A DNA stretch of 64,000 nt from Ginglymostoma cirratum (taxonomy: Eukaryota): assembly GCA_024137785.1 (NCBI GenBank), contig JAHRHZ010000266.1, forward strand, positions 124,001 through 188,000. Reading direction: 5' to 3'. This document shows, piece after piece, positions 13,400 to 26,435 of this stretch (position 1 is the stretch's first letter; each line of letters opens with the position of its first letter). The notes under the pieces are model-generated. The model was given only the letters and a program-made list of their open reading frames with translations. It was not told where the DNA came from and ran no database searches. A program made the translations under genes and the position numbers.

Positions 13400-14710
13400 T
13401 TATCATGAAGTCTTAGCATTAGGTCAAACATGACCAAGGAAATCTCCTGATTACTACCTACTGCCACAATCCTCCCACTCCCAGTCTCATGGTCATTTCG
13501 ATCACCACTTGAAGGAAGCACTGATGTCAACAAGTGCATAGAATGCACTCTGGGTCAGAAATTTAATGTCCCACATCAAGACACACTCAATAATTCACTA
13601 CTGGCTGAACTGGTGCAGTCTTGAATGATGTAGCTGCTGGACTGGGTCTGTGTGCAGGTAGTCAAGGAACAAACAAGAGAGAAAAGCCTGACCTTCTTCT
13701 CAGCAATCTCAGGATTGTGAGGACTGACCACCATACAGTCGTTGTGGAGGCAAACTCCCAACTTCACATTGAGTTACATCCCCGTCATTTATGGCACTGG
13801 CCCTGTGGTAAATGGGACAGATTTTGAACAGATCTAGCAACTCAAGACTGGGATCCATGGGGCACTATGGACCATCAGTAAAGCAGAATTATTGGGGAAG
13901 CAATTGCTCCTCAATAATTCTGCTGTACTGATGGACTGTTAATCCAGAGATGCAGATAATATTCTGGGGACCTGGGTTCAAATCCTGCCACAGCAGATGG
14001 TGAAATTTAAATTCAATAAATATATGGAGTTAAGAGTCTAATGATGACTGTGAATCTGTTGTGAATTGTTGGAAAAAACCATCTGTTTCCCTAATATCAT
14101 TCAAGGAAGGAATGTGCCATTCTTACTTGGTCTGGCCTACATGTGACTCCGGACCCACAACAATATGGTAGACTCTTAACTGCCCTCTGGGCTATTAGGA
14201 ATGGAGAATAAGTGCTGTTTAGCTAGCAATGCCCTCGTCCCATGAATGAATTAAGAAAAAGAATGGGGCTCCAATACAATCTGTAAACTCACGCCCTGGC
14301 AACTTTTCCCAACTCAACCATTAATATCAAGTCAAGCCACCAACACTGGTTCAATGAACAATGTGGGAGGCATATCAGGAACATCATCAACAAACCTGAA
14401 AATGAGATGCCAGCTACAAAACGGGGCTACTTCCATGTCAAACAGCATAAACAGCGTGCGATAAGTGATTCCACTGCCAGTGCATCAGACGTAAGTTCAG
14501 CAGACCTGCCACTTGCAGTTGTGAATAATTGAGGACAATTAATCAACCAACAGGAGAATGAGTCTCCACAAATATCCCCATCCACAATGAGGGGGAGCTC
14601 AGCTCATCGGTGCAAAAGACAGGGCTGAAGCATTCACAAATAATTTGACTCAGAAGTGCTGAGTGATCATCGAACTCAGTCTTCTCTAGAGGTCCCCAGC
14701 ATCATAGATG
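13400..14710 (+). mobile_element. Old CR1/L2-clade LINE fragment interrupted by a SINE (~13933-14260)
   Basis: RTDHHTV...RHLWHWPCGKWDRF remnant; related pieces at ~21200-22470 and ~49745-50190; the SINE matches 54100-54455. Confidence 0.55.
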
Positions 14711-15599
14711 ATTCTTTACCCAGAAGGCAAACATAATTTGGTGGGTCTGCAGTCATGTGTAGGTAGGGCTAGGAACAGAAATCATGGGGCCGAGTGTTAT
14801 TTCCTCACACAGTCCCTGACCTGTCCTCACTAGCCCACACTCGCTTCCACTGACCTAACACAGTGAACCCCATTATTGAATGCAGATGGGGCAGCCAGGT
14901 CTGTCCTGTGCCCTTCATGTAGACCAGCCCAAGTAAGGATGGCAGAGACAAAAACAGAAATTGCTATAAAAACTCAGCAGGTCTGGCAGCATCAGTGAAC
15001 AGAAAGTAGAGTTGATGTTTTGAGTCCAGTGATACTGCTTTAGAAATAAAATGATTGAAAATGGTGGACTGAGAGTAGCGTGGATCTTGCAACTGCTCTG
15101 GAGTTTCAGGCTTATTTCTAGATTTACTTCTATATTTCTTACATTTGTTAAATTTCAGTAATATACAGTTTTTATTTAATTCATTTTGATTCATTTATAA
15201 CCAAAAACACGAAAAAAAGACGGGCAGAATTTTTTAACAAACGGAGTTGTGTCAATAGACCTTTTGGATCCGCCTACATGTGGACTGCTCATTGTTTTGT
15301 CTCAATGAAATTATAAGAGCTTTTTTTTTAACATCACTAAAGCAATTTTTATAAAATTCCCTTGGAGAGTTTTGTTTTAAATGGAATTGTGTTTACAGAG
15401 CTTTTGGAGAGGCTACGCTGGGGTGGCTCCAGACTGGGATTTGCTTTTAATCAGAAGGTTGAAAGCAAACTGCTGGACCACTTGAGCAGAAGTTATTTTT
15501 GAGTTTTTTTAAAATTTGGTTGTTCAGCAAAGTGATTGATTTTATTGAAGACTTATACATTTTTTTAATTCTTATTGCTTGCATGCTTAATATTAACTC

Positions 15600-18012
15600 T
15601 TTGAGTAAGGAAGGGTAGTGTAGTTTATTTTAGAGATAAGATGGTATTGTAAGCTGCTTCTTTTTAGGCTTAATGACATTCGAGGCATACTACAGACAAG
15701 AGTTAGCTAGCGAGTAGGTTTAGAGAAGTGATTACACAGCAGAATCAATCAAATAGATGGATAATTGTCAGGAACGTTAAGAAGATATTTCAGAAATCTC
15801 CCGTGGCTGTTTTTCTCTCAAACAGATCCTTAGTTTTGGGTGTTGTTGAAAGGATAGTCGCTCAGAGGAGAATAGAAGAAACAGTCAGATCTTGGATCTA
15901 AGAATGAATCTTATGTTAGGCGGGGTTTGACAAAATTTAAATTAATAATTGATATAGGTGACTCTCCTGTCAAGGGCACATATCAGGGATTCTGTGGCAG
16001 TGAGCGTGAATCACAGAGAGCATGTTGCTTTCCTGGTGCAAACTGTTTGAAACATATAGTGAAAGAAGAGTCGGAAACCAGATATTGTACACATTGGTAA
16101 GAAAGACATAGTTAGGGAAAAGATTAAGGCTTTACAGACTGAATATCAATGGTTATGGAGAAGATTTAAGAAGGAGATCAGGAATTCAAAGAAAGGATAT
16201 GAGGTAGTTTTGGCAAATAAGGTTAAGGTTAATCCAAAGGTATTCTACAGGTACATTAAGAGCAAGAGCGCAACAAGTGAGAAGAATAGGCCTCCTTAAA
16301 GATGAAAGAGGTCATCTTTGTGTTCAACTTCAGGAGATGAGAGAGATGTAAAATGAATATTTTGCATCAGGTTTTACAATGGAGAAAGAAATCAAGGCTA
16401 GAGAACTCTGGGAAATAAATACTGATGTTGTGAAAATAGTTTGCATTGCCAAAGCGGAGATGCTGGAGGTCTTGAAAAAATATAAATCTCCGGAATCTGA
16501 TCCAGCGTATACCAGGACTTTGTGGGAATTTAGGGAGGAAATTGTATGGCCACTTGCAGAAATATTTGTATCATCTACAAATACAAGTGAGATGCTGAAT
16601 GTCTGGAGAGTGGCTAATGTTGTGCCTTGGTTAAGAAGGGATGTAAGGAGAGGCCTGGTAACTATAGACTTGCGAGTCTGACTTTGGCGATGGGTAAGTT
16701 GTTGGAAGTGATTCTGAAATTTAGGAGTTCTATGCATTTAGGTAGGCAAGGAATAATGAGGGATAGCCAGTATGGATTTGTGCGAGGGAAATTGTGTCTC
16801 ACAAGCTTGATTAAGCTTTTTGTGGATGTGACCAAGAAGGTTGATGAGGGCTGAATGGTAGACATTGTTAACTTAGACTTTGTTAAATCCTTTGAAAAGA
16901 TTCTGTATGGTCGACTAATTAGTCAAGTTAGATGACATGGAATTCTGTGTTGCCAAGTGGATGCAAATTTGGCTTAACAGCAGGAACAGGGAGTGATGGT
17001 GGAGGCCTGTGTTTTTTGGACTGGAGGCCCACGACCAGCGGTGTTCCACAGGGAGGGGTCCCTTTTGCTTGTCCTTTATATAAATGATTTAGATGAGAAT
17101 ATAGAAAGCATGATTTGTAAGTTTGTGGATGATACTAAGATTGGCGGTATAGTGGACAGTGAAGAAGGTTATCTAAGATTACAAAGAGATCTTGATCAAG
17201 TGGGTCAATGGGCAGAAAAGTGACAGATGGAGCTAAATTTAGACAAAGCGAGGCATTGCACATTTGGAAAACAAACAAAGGCAAGACTTATACAGTTAGA
17301 AGTAGGGCCTTAGGCAGAGTTTTAGAACAGAAGGACACCTAGGTTTTTAGGTTCATAATTCATTGAAGTTTGCATCACTTATAGATCGGGAGGTTAAGAA
17401 GGTGATTAGCACACTTGCCTTCATCGCTCAGACCTTGAGTGTAAGAGTTGAGACGTTATATTGAAGTTGCACAGGATGTTAGTGAGACCTATACTGGAGT
17501 ACTGTGTCCAGTTCTGGTGGCCCTATTATAGGAAGAATTTTATTAAGCTAATGAGTGTTCAAAAGAGATTTACAAGGAAGTTGTTGGGAAAGGAGAGCTT
17601 GAGTTATGAGGCAAGGCTGGAATAGACTGGAACTCTTCTCAGTGGAGCGTACAAGCTTTTACTGTAGAAGCTGATAAATTCATGAGGGGTATAGATTAAG
17701 TGATTGGCAGGTGTCTTTTCCCTAGGGTGGGGGATTTCAAGACTGGGGGCATATTTTAAGGTGAGAGCAGAAAGGTTTTAAAAAGACAAGAGGGACAATT
17801 CTGATTTTACACAGAGAGTGGTTCATGTGTGGAATGAACTTCCAGAGGAAGTGGTGGATGTGGGTACAGTTTCAATATTTAAACGATAAGTACATAAATA
17901 AGAAATGTTTGGAGGGATTTGGGCCAAGTGGAGGCAGGTGGGACTAGTTTAGTTTGGGCTTATGGTCAGCATGTACAGGTTGAACCAAAGGATCTGTTTC
18001 CGTGCTGTATGA
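15600..18012 (+). mobile_element. Long CR1 LINE with ORF1 esterase remnant, internally deleted, then ORF2 RT and 3' tail
   Basis: IGDSPVKG...FCGSERES..CCFPGA at ~15950-16040; KYKSPESD, WRVANVVP, FVDDTKIGG; tail gtgctgtatgactcta. Confidence 0.8.
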
Positions 18013-19419
18013 CTCTAAGACACTATAACTGGTTGTAGCTGAGAAAAGTTTAGTATAAGTGCTGAAGATGGGGTGGAGAGTGGGGACAGGAGTACACGCT
18101 CGGTGAAGATGGAGACCAGAGAGAGAGAAAGACAATTGTACAGACAAAGGAATGGGAAAAGGTCAGCTTGGGAGAATGAATAGCTACTGATGTGGACAAT
18201 AAGTCGCTGACAATGTATTGTTTATAGTAGCAGCCCATGTGATGAAAGAGGCCTGGAGTGTGGGTGTTGGGGAAAGGAGAAATAAGAAGGTGCTCAGGCA
18301 CTAAAATTATCGAACACAATAATGAGTCCGGAGGGCCACAGGGTTCCTGCACAGTGGTGTGTTGAAATGGCAGGCAACTGAAAGCTCAGGGTCATTTCTG
18401 TGGACAGAACACACATGTTCTGCAAAGTGGTCACCCAGTCTGTGTTTTATCTTCCCAATGTAGAGCTAGAAGTGAAATGTGGAGCGTTGGTGAGGCATTT
18501 CTGATGCCAGTGTGAGGTTGTGCTGATAGAGAGAGAAGGCTCACAATTGTACATAAAGCAATGCATGGCATATTTCATTACTATGCCAAGTCACCATATT
18601 CCCACCTGACCATGGGACTGCTTTCTCATTAGAGAGAGATGATTGGTGGCTATTTAACCTGTGGGTCACCATACCTCAGGCAGGGAAAGAGGTTAAGAAG
18701 GACAGTTTTTCATCGTAACAGCCTGTATGGGAATTGAACCCACACTGTAGGCATCACTCTGCTTCACAAACCAACCATCCAGCCAACTGAGATAAACCAA
18801 CCCCCAGATTCCCTAAAGGGGCTTGACTGAATCAGATGGCCATTTCCGGTTATCAACAATGGCTACATGTGGCCATTAGATTAGTTTTTCATTTAAATTC
18901 CAGACTTTTAAAAATTACATTCAAGTTTCACCTTCTGCCATTGCGGGATTCAAACCCATGGCCCAGTGACAGCAGCAGAATACCACCACCTCCATTTATA
19001 ACCCATGTGTAACTGCAGGGCTAGGAGGATATCACATGGCTGTGATGCCTCACACATTCAGATGGACACGGGAGGAATGTACTTGCACAGATGGAACTAT
19101 TCCTGATGAAGGTGTGAGCACTTTCATTGTAACCAAGAGGGACACATTAGATTGTTGCACCTTGCTGATCAAGGAGATGATTTCAATGTCAATACAATTT
19201 TGTGTTGTTTGCGGAATGAACTGAATGTTCTGAGTATGTCAATGTCTTTCAATACTGACAATAGAATGCACCTAAAAGGATCAGCACATCAGATTACATT
19301 AAATATTTTAAAAATCAAATTTAAAATACAAAAGCAAAACAGTGCAGATGCTGCAAATTTGAAATAAATATCACAATGCTGCAAATACTTAGCAGGCCAG
19401 ACAACACCTGTGGAAAGAA

Positions 19420-19581
19420 GAGCGATAACAAGGTGTGATAACAAAGAAATTTCTGATGAAGGGTCTAGACCCGAAATGTCAAGCTTTCCTGCTCCTATGA
19501 TGCTACTTGGCCTGCTGTGTTCATCCAGCCCCACACCTTGTTATCTCGGATTCTCCAGCATCTGCAGTTTCTATTATCTCT
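19420..19581 (+). mobile_element. Short Penelope pLTR-derived insertion with hammerhead-like core
   Basis: 15-bp TSD cacctgtggaaagaa (19405-19419, 19582-19596); ctgatga-gggtctagaccc-gaaatgtc. Confidence 0.75.
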
Positions 19582-19705
19582 CACCTGTGGAAAGAAACTC
19601 GGTTAAAGTTTTAGTTCAATGATTTCTCATCAGAAAATCAAATCACAAAATGTCCACAGAATATATCACACTCTCAGACTGAAGGACGTGTGAATGGCTT
19701 CTTAC

Positions 19706-20053
19706 CATCTACCTGCAGCTGTGTCTCTTTCCGGATCAGATACTGGTAATCGTGTCTTGATCTGTATTCCACCTGACACAGGTAAGTGTGATTGTCCCTC
19801 ACACTCAGCTGGTTTATCCTGGTCAAGGTGTTTCCTTCCTCTGGGTTCCCAATGAGCGCGTATCGATTTCCACCATTTACAGTTGTCCAATTTCCCTGTG
19901 ATTGGGCTGTAAATGTAACAATGTGTTGGTAGGGCTCCTTCCTCATCCAGGTAACAGTGGTCAGAGTGGGGTAGCCCTCAGTCCTGAAAATACAGGGTAA
20001 AGTAACAGTATCTCCCTCTGTCCCATTCACCACTAAAACCTCTCCCTGAGCAG
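19706..20053 (-). pseudogene. Gene A V-set Ig exon 2, Siglec-15-like, reading frame intact
   Basis: Acceptor tttgtcctttgctcag, donor G|gtaaga; 348 nt, phase 1-1; B-strand LPC, WMRKEPY, RYALIGNP, DNHTYLCQVEY (ORF 19674-20072). Confidence 0.9.
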
Positions 20054-20735
20054 CTGAGCAAAGGACAAACATCAGAATGTATGAAGTCAGTCTGGTGAAG
20101 TTCTCGATTCAATTTATTACATTCCTTTCAACTTCATGATAAAATGAAGAATTAACAAATCCGCTCATATCTTTCACAGATCTGTCCCAGACATTGCCCT
20201 CCAGGAGTCACCCTGATCAATATGTCTCGCCATCACTTGTTTCAAGGACCTTAATCACAAGATATTCACAGATCAGGAAATGTATTAAGCCCTCTGGAAT
20301 TCATTCATGCAGAACCCTCTGTCCATTGTTCAAATTTAATATTCTTTAAATAAGGTAAAGGATTTTACAGCTTTCCCCCAACTCTCTGCTCAACAATTAC
20401 ATTCCAAGTATTGACCTCACTCTGAGTGTCATTGCTAATGTGATTTTCACTAGCTCCGACCTGTGAACTTTGAAATGAGTGCAGGTTAATGTGAACTCAT
20501 ATTCCAGATCATTTTTTCTGCACCAATTCTGATATTTTGCTTGGAGGTGGAGGGGTAGATCATTATGTGGTTCCTTGCTGCACAAACTTTAAAGAGAAGC
20601 TGAGAGATGGAATATTTCCTCATCCCCACTTTAACTGGGAAACCCCTTATTCTGAAATTATTTCTCTGTTTGACTTCTGTTCATAAGAGTAAATATCCTC
20701 TCAGGATCTGCCTTGTCAAGCTTCCTCAGAATCTT

Positions 20736-20950
20736 GAACAAAAACAAAGCCGCTGGAAAAGCTCAGCAGGTTTCGCAGCATCTGTGAAGGAAAAACAGAG
20801 TTAATATTTCGGAAGGAAGGGTCACCGGACCCAAAACGTTAACTCTGTTTTTTCCTTCACAGATGCTGCCCGACCTGCTGAGCTTTTCCAGCAGCTTTGT
20901 TTTTGTTCCTGATTTACAGCATCCGCAGTTCTTTCGGTTTTTATTTAGTC
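20736..20950. mobile_element. Fold-back pLTR-derived element (family with copies at ~5190, 6238, 10765, 34660, 35170, 56095, 57815)
   Basis: Inverted arms gctggaaaagctcagcagg...catctgtgaagg; TSD tcctcagaatctt. Confidence 0.7.
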
Positions 20951-23533
20951 TCCTCAGAATCTTCTTTGTTTCATCAATTTCTCCTCTAAGTTTTTAAATT
21001 TGGTCATGGATATCGCTGGCTCGGATTATGTGCATTTATTGTCCATCCTGATTGCCCAGTGAAGCTGTCTTCTTGATCTGCAGCAGTCCTGAGGTGTCGG
21101 GTTTTCCAACAGTAATTTCAGGGATGCAGTTCCACAGTTTTTACCCAGCAACACTGAAGGAATAGCAGTATTGTCAGAATGGAACCAGACTACTCCACAT
21201 TGACTGTGGCACCAAAACCAATGAGAGCAGACACAGCCCTGTCAACCCTGCAAAGTCCTCCTCATTAACATCCTCCTTCTTAACATCTGGCAACTAGTGC
21301 AAAAGTTGGAAGAGCTGTCTTACAGACTGGTCACCTAACAGCCTCACATAGTCAAATTCACAGGATCATAACTTACAATATCCTTGACAGCCCTGTCACC
21401 ATCCCTGTATATTATCTTGTCCTTTGTCCCACCAATGGGACTGACCCAGCAGAGGTGAAGGCACAGTAGTATGCAGTAAGAAAGGAGTTGCCCAAACTTA
21501 AAGATGATATTTATAAGCCCATCTAACCACAATCTGTAACCTCACGATCCAGGTTAACCCCCAACCCACCATTCCCATCAGGCTGGGAGATTAGTGAAGT
21601 GTACATGTGGGTATGTTGTGAGCAATGCCAGGCATACCCAAAAATGTGATGCCAACATGCTGAAACTACAACCTGCAGGACTACTTGCTTGTCTAACAGC
21701 AGGAACAGCACACAATAGAGCCATCCTATAAACAATGGATCAGATGGATCTGCAGTCCAGAATGGTGGTGGACAATTAGTACACCAAGCTGTTCCAGCAC
21801 AGCTATAACAACGACATTGCCCCAACAATGTGGAAAATTGCCCAGGAATGTCCTGTACGCAAAAAGCAATGTGAGTCTGACCTGGCCAATTACCGCCCCA
21901 TCAGTCCACTGTGAAGTGATGGAAGGTGTGAGCAACTGCCCTTAACTTCAAGGCCGCACTTGAGTGGGTGCGGCATCAAGGAACCTGACAAAACTGAATC
22001 TGATGAGAATCGGGGAAGAACCTTCCACTGGATGGAGTCATACCTGGCACAAAGGAAGATGGCTGTGGTTGATGGACGTCAGTCATCTCAGGTCCAGGAG
22101 ATCTCTGCAGGAGTCCATCGGGGGTTTATCCTAGGCCTATCATCTTCAGCTGTTTCATCAATGACTCTCCCTCCACCATAAGGTCAGAAGTGGGGATGGA
22201 TGTTTGCTGATGAACATGAGGTGCACCACCTACAAGCTCCTCTTCAAGACACTCACCATCCTGATTTGGAAATATTTCACCATTCCTTCAGTGTCACTGG
22301 TACAAAGTCCTGGAACTCCTTTGCCAACTGCATCATGAGTGTCCCTGCACCTGAGGGAATGCAGCAATTCAAGAAGGCAGCTCACTATTCCGTTCTCCAG
22401 GGTAATTGGGGATATCCAATAAAGGCTGACCAAGCATGTGACATTCACATCCCCTTGAATAATTAAAAGATAAATATAATTCCAAGTCAGGATGGTGGGT
22501 ATCTGCTGCTGTTTTTCACTTTGGTCATAGAGGTCACTAGTTTGGAAGGTGCTGGTGGAGGAAGTGTTGGCACATTACTGAAGCATATATTGTCATTATT
22601 CTTATTCCCACAATGGTGTTAGGGTGGGAGTTCCAGGATGTTGACCCAGCAATGGTGACAGAGTGGCGATATATTTCCCTGCTCTCTTCCAGGCAAGTGG
22701 GGAGTATTCCATTGCAGTCCTGACAGTTCAATATACTTTGGAGTCATAAATTGTGTTAATTTACAGGATTCCTAGCCTGTGACCTGTTTTTGTAGCCACA
22801 GTTTCATTTGCACTCCTGGATTTACTCCTTGTCCACAACTGAGTGAGGCATTCAGAGGGCATTTAAGAGTCAACCACATTGCTGTAGGTCTGGAGTCACA
22901 TAAAGGTCAGACCAGGTAAGGAAGGACATGAGTGAAACAGATTTTTTTTACAGTGATGGTTACACGGTCATTATTAGACAAGTTTTTAGTTCTAGATATT
23001 TTCAAATTCTAATTTCACAAATGGCCATAGATTGGAATCCATTCCCCAGGACATAAGCCTCTGGAGAAGGCAACGTCCCAATGTTCTCTTCAGCCAATAG
23101 ATATGGAAGATGGTTCTCAGCCAATGTGAGCTGAAGATTCCTTCACCCTGACATGTGCTCATTCAATAAGGGCTCAGGAGATACCAGGTGTCTCTTTTCC
23201 TCAACCAATGCAGAAAGAGCAGGGGTCTCATTGGTGGGGGTGTTCGAGCTTGGATCCTCTGTAATGTTTACTCAGTTCCCTATCCCAGAACGCTGAAGCC
23301 AGTTTAAACATGGCGAACAAACGAATGTGTGAGAGACTGTGGGAGGTTTCAGAGACAGTGATGGAATGTTTTTTAAACCCGAGCCTCGTTTCTCTCTCCT
23401 GCTTACTATCTCCTGCCTGAGACCAACTGAAAGAGCCCAAGAGAAGCAGCCACCCCAAGAGCTCCCAGATCAGGTGCAGCCTCTTCCCATTGAATTATCA
23501 GGGCAGCGACACCATCCAAACATTGTTCCGCAC

Positions 23534-23902
23534 CATTCACTTCCAAATCTCTTCCAAACGGTGTTTTAAAACTGCCGATACTGAGCTCCAGATGACACCA
23601 ATAGATACCAGCATCCTCCTGGCTCTGTCCCTCCATCATTATTGAGACATCTTTGTTGCTGATATTATCCATGAATCTGAATCGTCCACTGTATCACATC
23701 CTCACACAGCTCACCCTGGGAATGGTCTGGACCAGGATAGATACAGTCAAAGATAACACCTGTGTCAGATTGAATCCATATCACGGAGCCGATGAGTGTA
23801 AGATTAGTGCCTGGGTGGAGCTGCAGAGTAAGACAGCAGAACTTCGTTCCTCAACCCTCACATCATTCACGACTGTCATGGACCAATCAGGAGCAGAATT
23901 CG
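23534..23902 (-). pseudogene. Gene A V-set Ig exon 1, Siglec-15-like, two frameshifts
   Basis: Strong pyrimidine acceptor (ctctcccctcacag), donor G|gtgcgg. Corrected translation: NSAPDWSMTVVNDVRVEERSSAVLLCS/HPGTNLTLIGSVIWIQSDTGVIFDCIYPGPDHSQGELCEDV/YSGRFRFMDNISNKDVSIMMEGQSQEDAGIYWCHLELSIGSFKTPFGRDLEVN. Matches Siglec-15 motifs WSM, LPCxFTHP, VFxC, ELC, GRFR, YxCxxE. Confidence 0.85.
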
Positions 23903-24034
23903 CTGTGAGGGGAGAGAGAGATAGAGAGAGGGGACACGAATACAACGTGAGCAACAAACACTGAGGTGAAATGTTGAATCTCTCACGTAGTGAGAAAAGC
24001 TATAACATCATACAGTAGTGGCTTTTAAACTGAC

Positions 24035-24100
24035 CTGAGACGGTGTCGAATGGGCTACAGACTGGAGTACAACAGAGAGCTTCAGGTGGTTTGTAAACAT
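24035..24100 (-). pseudogene. Gene A putative leader exon (MFTNHLKLSVVLQSVAH...), apparently 1 nt out of phase
   Basis: ATG at 24100; donor CAG|gtcagt 132 bp upstream of the V1 acceptor; 66 nt gives phase 0 whereas V1 needs phase 1. Confidence 0.5.
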
Positions 24101-24429
24101 CCTGAAGGTAGACTGTGGGCATTTGTTGTTGTTGTTTAGAGAGAGGGTCTGGTGCCTGAGAGCTTTCTGAACTCTCCGTTGATCCAGGAGACACAGAGTT
24201 ATCTGAAGAGCAGAACTCAGGGCCTTCCCATCAGAATTTTTTCTATTTCCCATCACTTTCTACTCCATTCCCAAGCCAGCCTTTAGCAAACTGGCTCACT
24301 TATCAGTTGTAACAAAGGGATGGAATATGCAGTGGAGGTACGATGATCGGGGGTGGGGGGGGAATACACAGAGAAATAAAGAAGAAGAACAGAAGTAAAA
24401 AAGTAAATTTGTCCAAGTCCGAGAGAACG

Positions 24430-24610
24430 GCTGTCTTATGAGAGAGAGATGACTGTTGGTGATTAAACCTGAGGATCACTATGCCTCAGACAAGGGGAAG
24501 GTTGGAAAGGTGGGACCTTCATGGTAGCCTCAGACAGTAAGGGAGTTAAACCCGTATTGTTGACATCACTCTACATCGCAAACCAAATGTCCAACAATCT
24601 GAGCTAACTA
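24430..24610 (-). mobile_element. tRNA-derived SINE (second copy at ~18615-18800)
   Basis: Minus strand starts gttagctcag (A box) with gggtttaactccc (B box); two similar dispersed copies. Confidence 0.55.
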
Positions 24611-24689
24611 ACCCTGAGACGACAAACCAAGTCAGTCCAGAAGGCAGTGTGAATATAGTCAAGTGAGGGCACAAGGGAGCATGGCATAG

Positions 24690-26435
24690 CTGGATGGCAT
24701 TTACTTGTGAGTAAGGCAGATGAGCTGAGGGTGTTGGTTAATGTGTGAGGATGTGATATTGTTGTTATCATTGAAATGTGTAGAGGGTGGGGAAGGATCG
24801 GCAGCACAATGTTCCAGGGTATACAACCTCCAGATGAGATATGTGGGGGCAAGGGGGACTGTAAAAGAGGAGGTGGTGTTGCACCATTGATCAATGAGTC
24901 AATTGCCAGAATAAAAGGTATGATACCATGGGATGGTCCTCAAATGTGTCCACTTGGGTAGAAAATCAAAACAAAACCGTCCGCCACCATACTCTCTCAC
25001 CTACCATCAAGCCAATTTTTATCCAATTGGCATGCTCTCCCTGAATCCCATGTAATTTAACTTTATTCATTAGTCTACCATGTGGAACCTTGACAAAGGT
25101 TGTACTAAAATCCACACAGACAACGTCTATCGCTCTTCCCTCTTTGGTCGTTTTGTTCACGCCCTCGAAAAACTTAATCAATTTTCTGAGACACGATTTC
25201 CCATGCACAAAGCCATGTTGTCGAGTCCTCATCAGTCTTTGCCTCTCCAAATTCATGTAAGTCCTATCTCTCAGAATTCCCTTGAGCAACTTACCCACCA
25301 CTGATGTCATACTTACCGGTCTATTGTTCCCAGGCATCTCCTTACATCCTTTCTTAAATAAAAGCACAACATTAGCCACCCTGCAGTCTTCTGGCACCTC
25401 ACCCGTGGCTCTTGATGATACAAATATCTCTGCTCAGGGCTCCACAATTTCTTCCCTAATTTCCCACAATGTCCTGGACAATGGAATTAGAATTGGCTGG
25501 TGATTGTTTTTGACTAGAGCAGACTCAGTGGGCCAAAGAGCCTTCTATCTCCATAAGCCTGTGACTCTGTGACTCAAAATTATCTGCCATTTCCCTGTTC
25601 CACGTTGTTAGTTTCCCCCTTGTACCAAAACACAGTTCCACAATTACTTTCGCTACCTTTTTTCTCTGTATTTACCCATAGAAGTGGATGCTGTTAGCTT
25701 CTTTTATGTCTTGCCAATTTACTTTCATCCCAATTTTCTCCATTTTTACTAGCCTTATTGCTATCTGTCATTGATTTCGAATGATAGAATCATGCAGTAT
25801 AGCAGAGGCCCTTCAGTCCATTGGCATTGCGGAATGCCAAAAATATACAGCGATCAACATGAATCCCACTTTCCTGCACTCGGCCCATAGCCGAGATTGT
25901 TATGACTCTACAAGTGATCATCCAAAACCATACTGACTATCCCTGATCAAACCTTGCTTCTCGAAATGGAGATTAATTTTCTCCTTCACTATTTTCTTCA
26001 ATAGTCTCCCTCACACTGATGTTAGAATCACGAGTCTATAGTTCCCTGTTCTATCTCAGTGGCCAAAAGAAATTTAACACTTTGAATCAGGGCCATTATA
26101 ATTTCCTCCCTCATCTCCCACAATAGTCTGGGATACAAGTCACCTGCCCCTGGGAATTTGTTCACTTTTACATCTGCGAAAACCTCCAATATCTCCTCAC
26201 TTTTTATATCAATTTGCTCAAGAACTTCACAGTCCATCTTCTTGAATTCTTCACTCCAGAGTAAAGACTGATGTGAAATATTCAATTAACTTACCAATGT
26301 TCTCCAGCCTCACACACAGATTACCTCCTCCCTCCTGATAGGCTGTACTCTCTCCCCGGTTATTCTCATCCCCTTGATATACTTGTTGAATATTTCAGGA
26401 TTCTCCCTAATCTTTCCTGCCAATGTTTTCTTATA
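24690..26435. mobile_element. Cluster of CR1 fragments; an older minus-strand CR1 continues at 28409-29500
   Basis: KRGGGVAPLINESI (endonuclease), PEDCRVANVV...KVPHGRL, NKFPGAGDLYPRLL. Confidence 0.75.

Noticed and set aside
14821-14854. 34-nt phase 1-2 exon candidate GQWKRVWASEDR on the minus strand
   Set aside because: No similarity to gene B exons and no compatible partner exon; such ag/gt pairs arise by chance
19706-23902. V exons as rearranging Ig, TCR or IgNAR V segments
   Set aside because: Each encodes a complete domain including the G strand and ends in a splice donor; no heptamer-spacer-nonamer RSS seen
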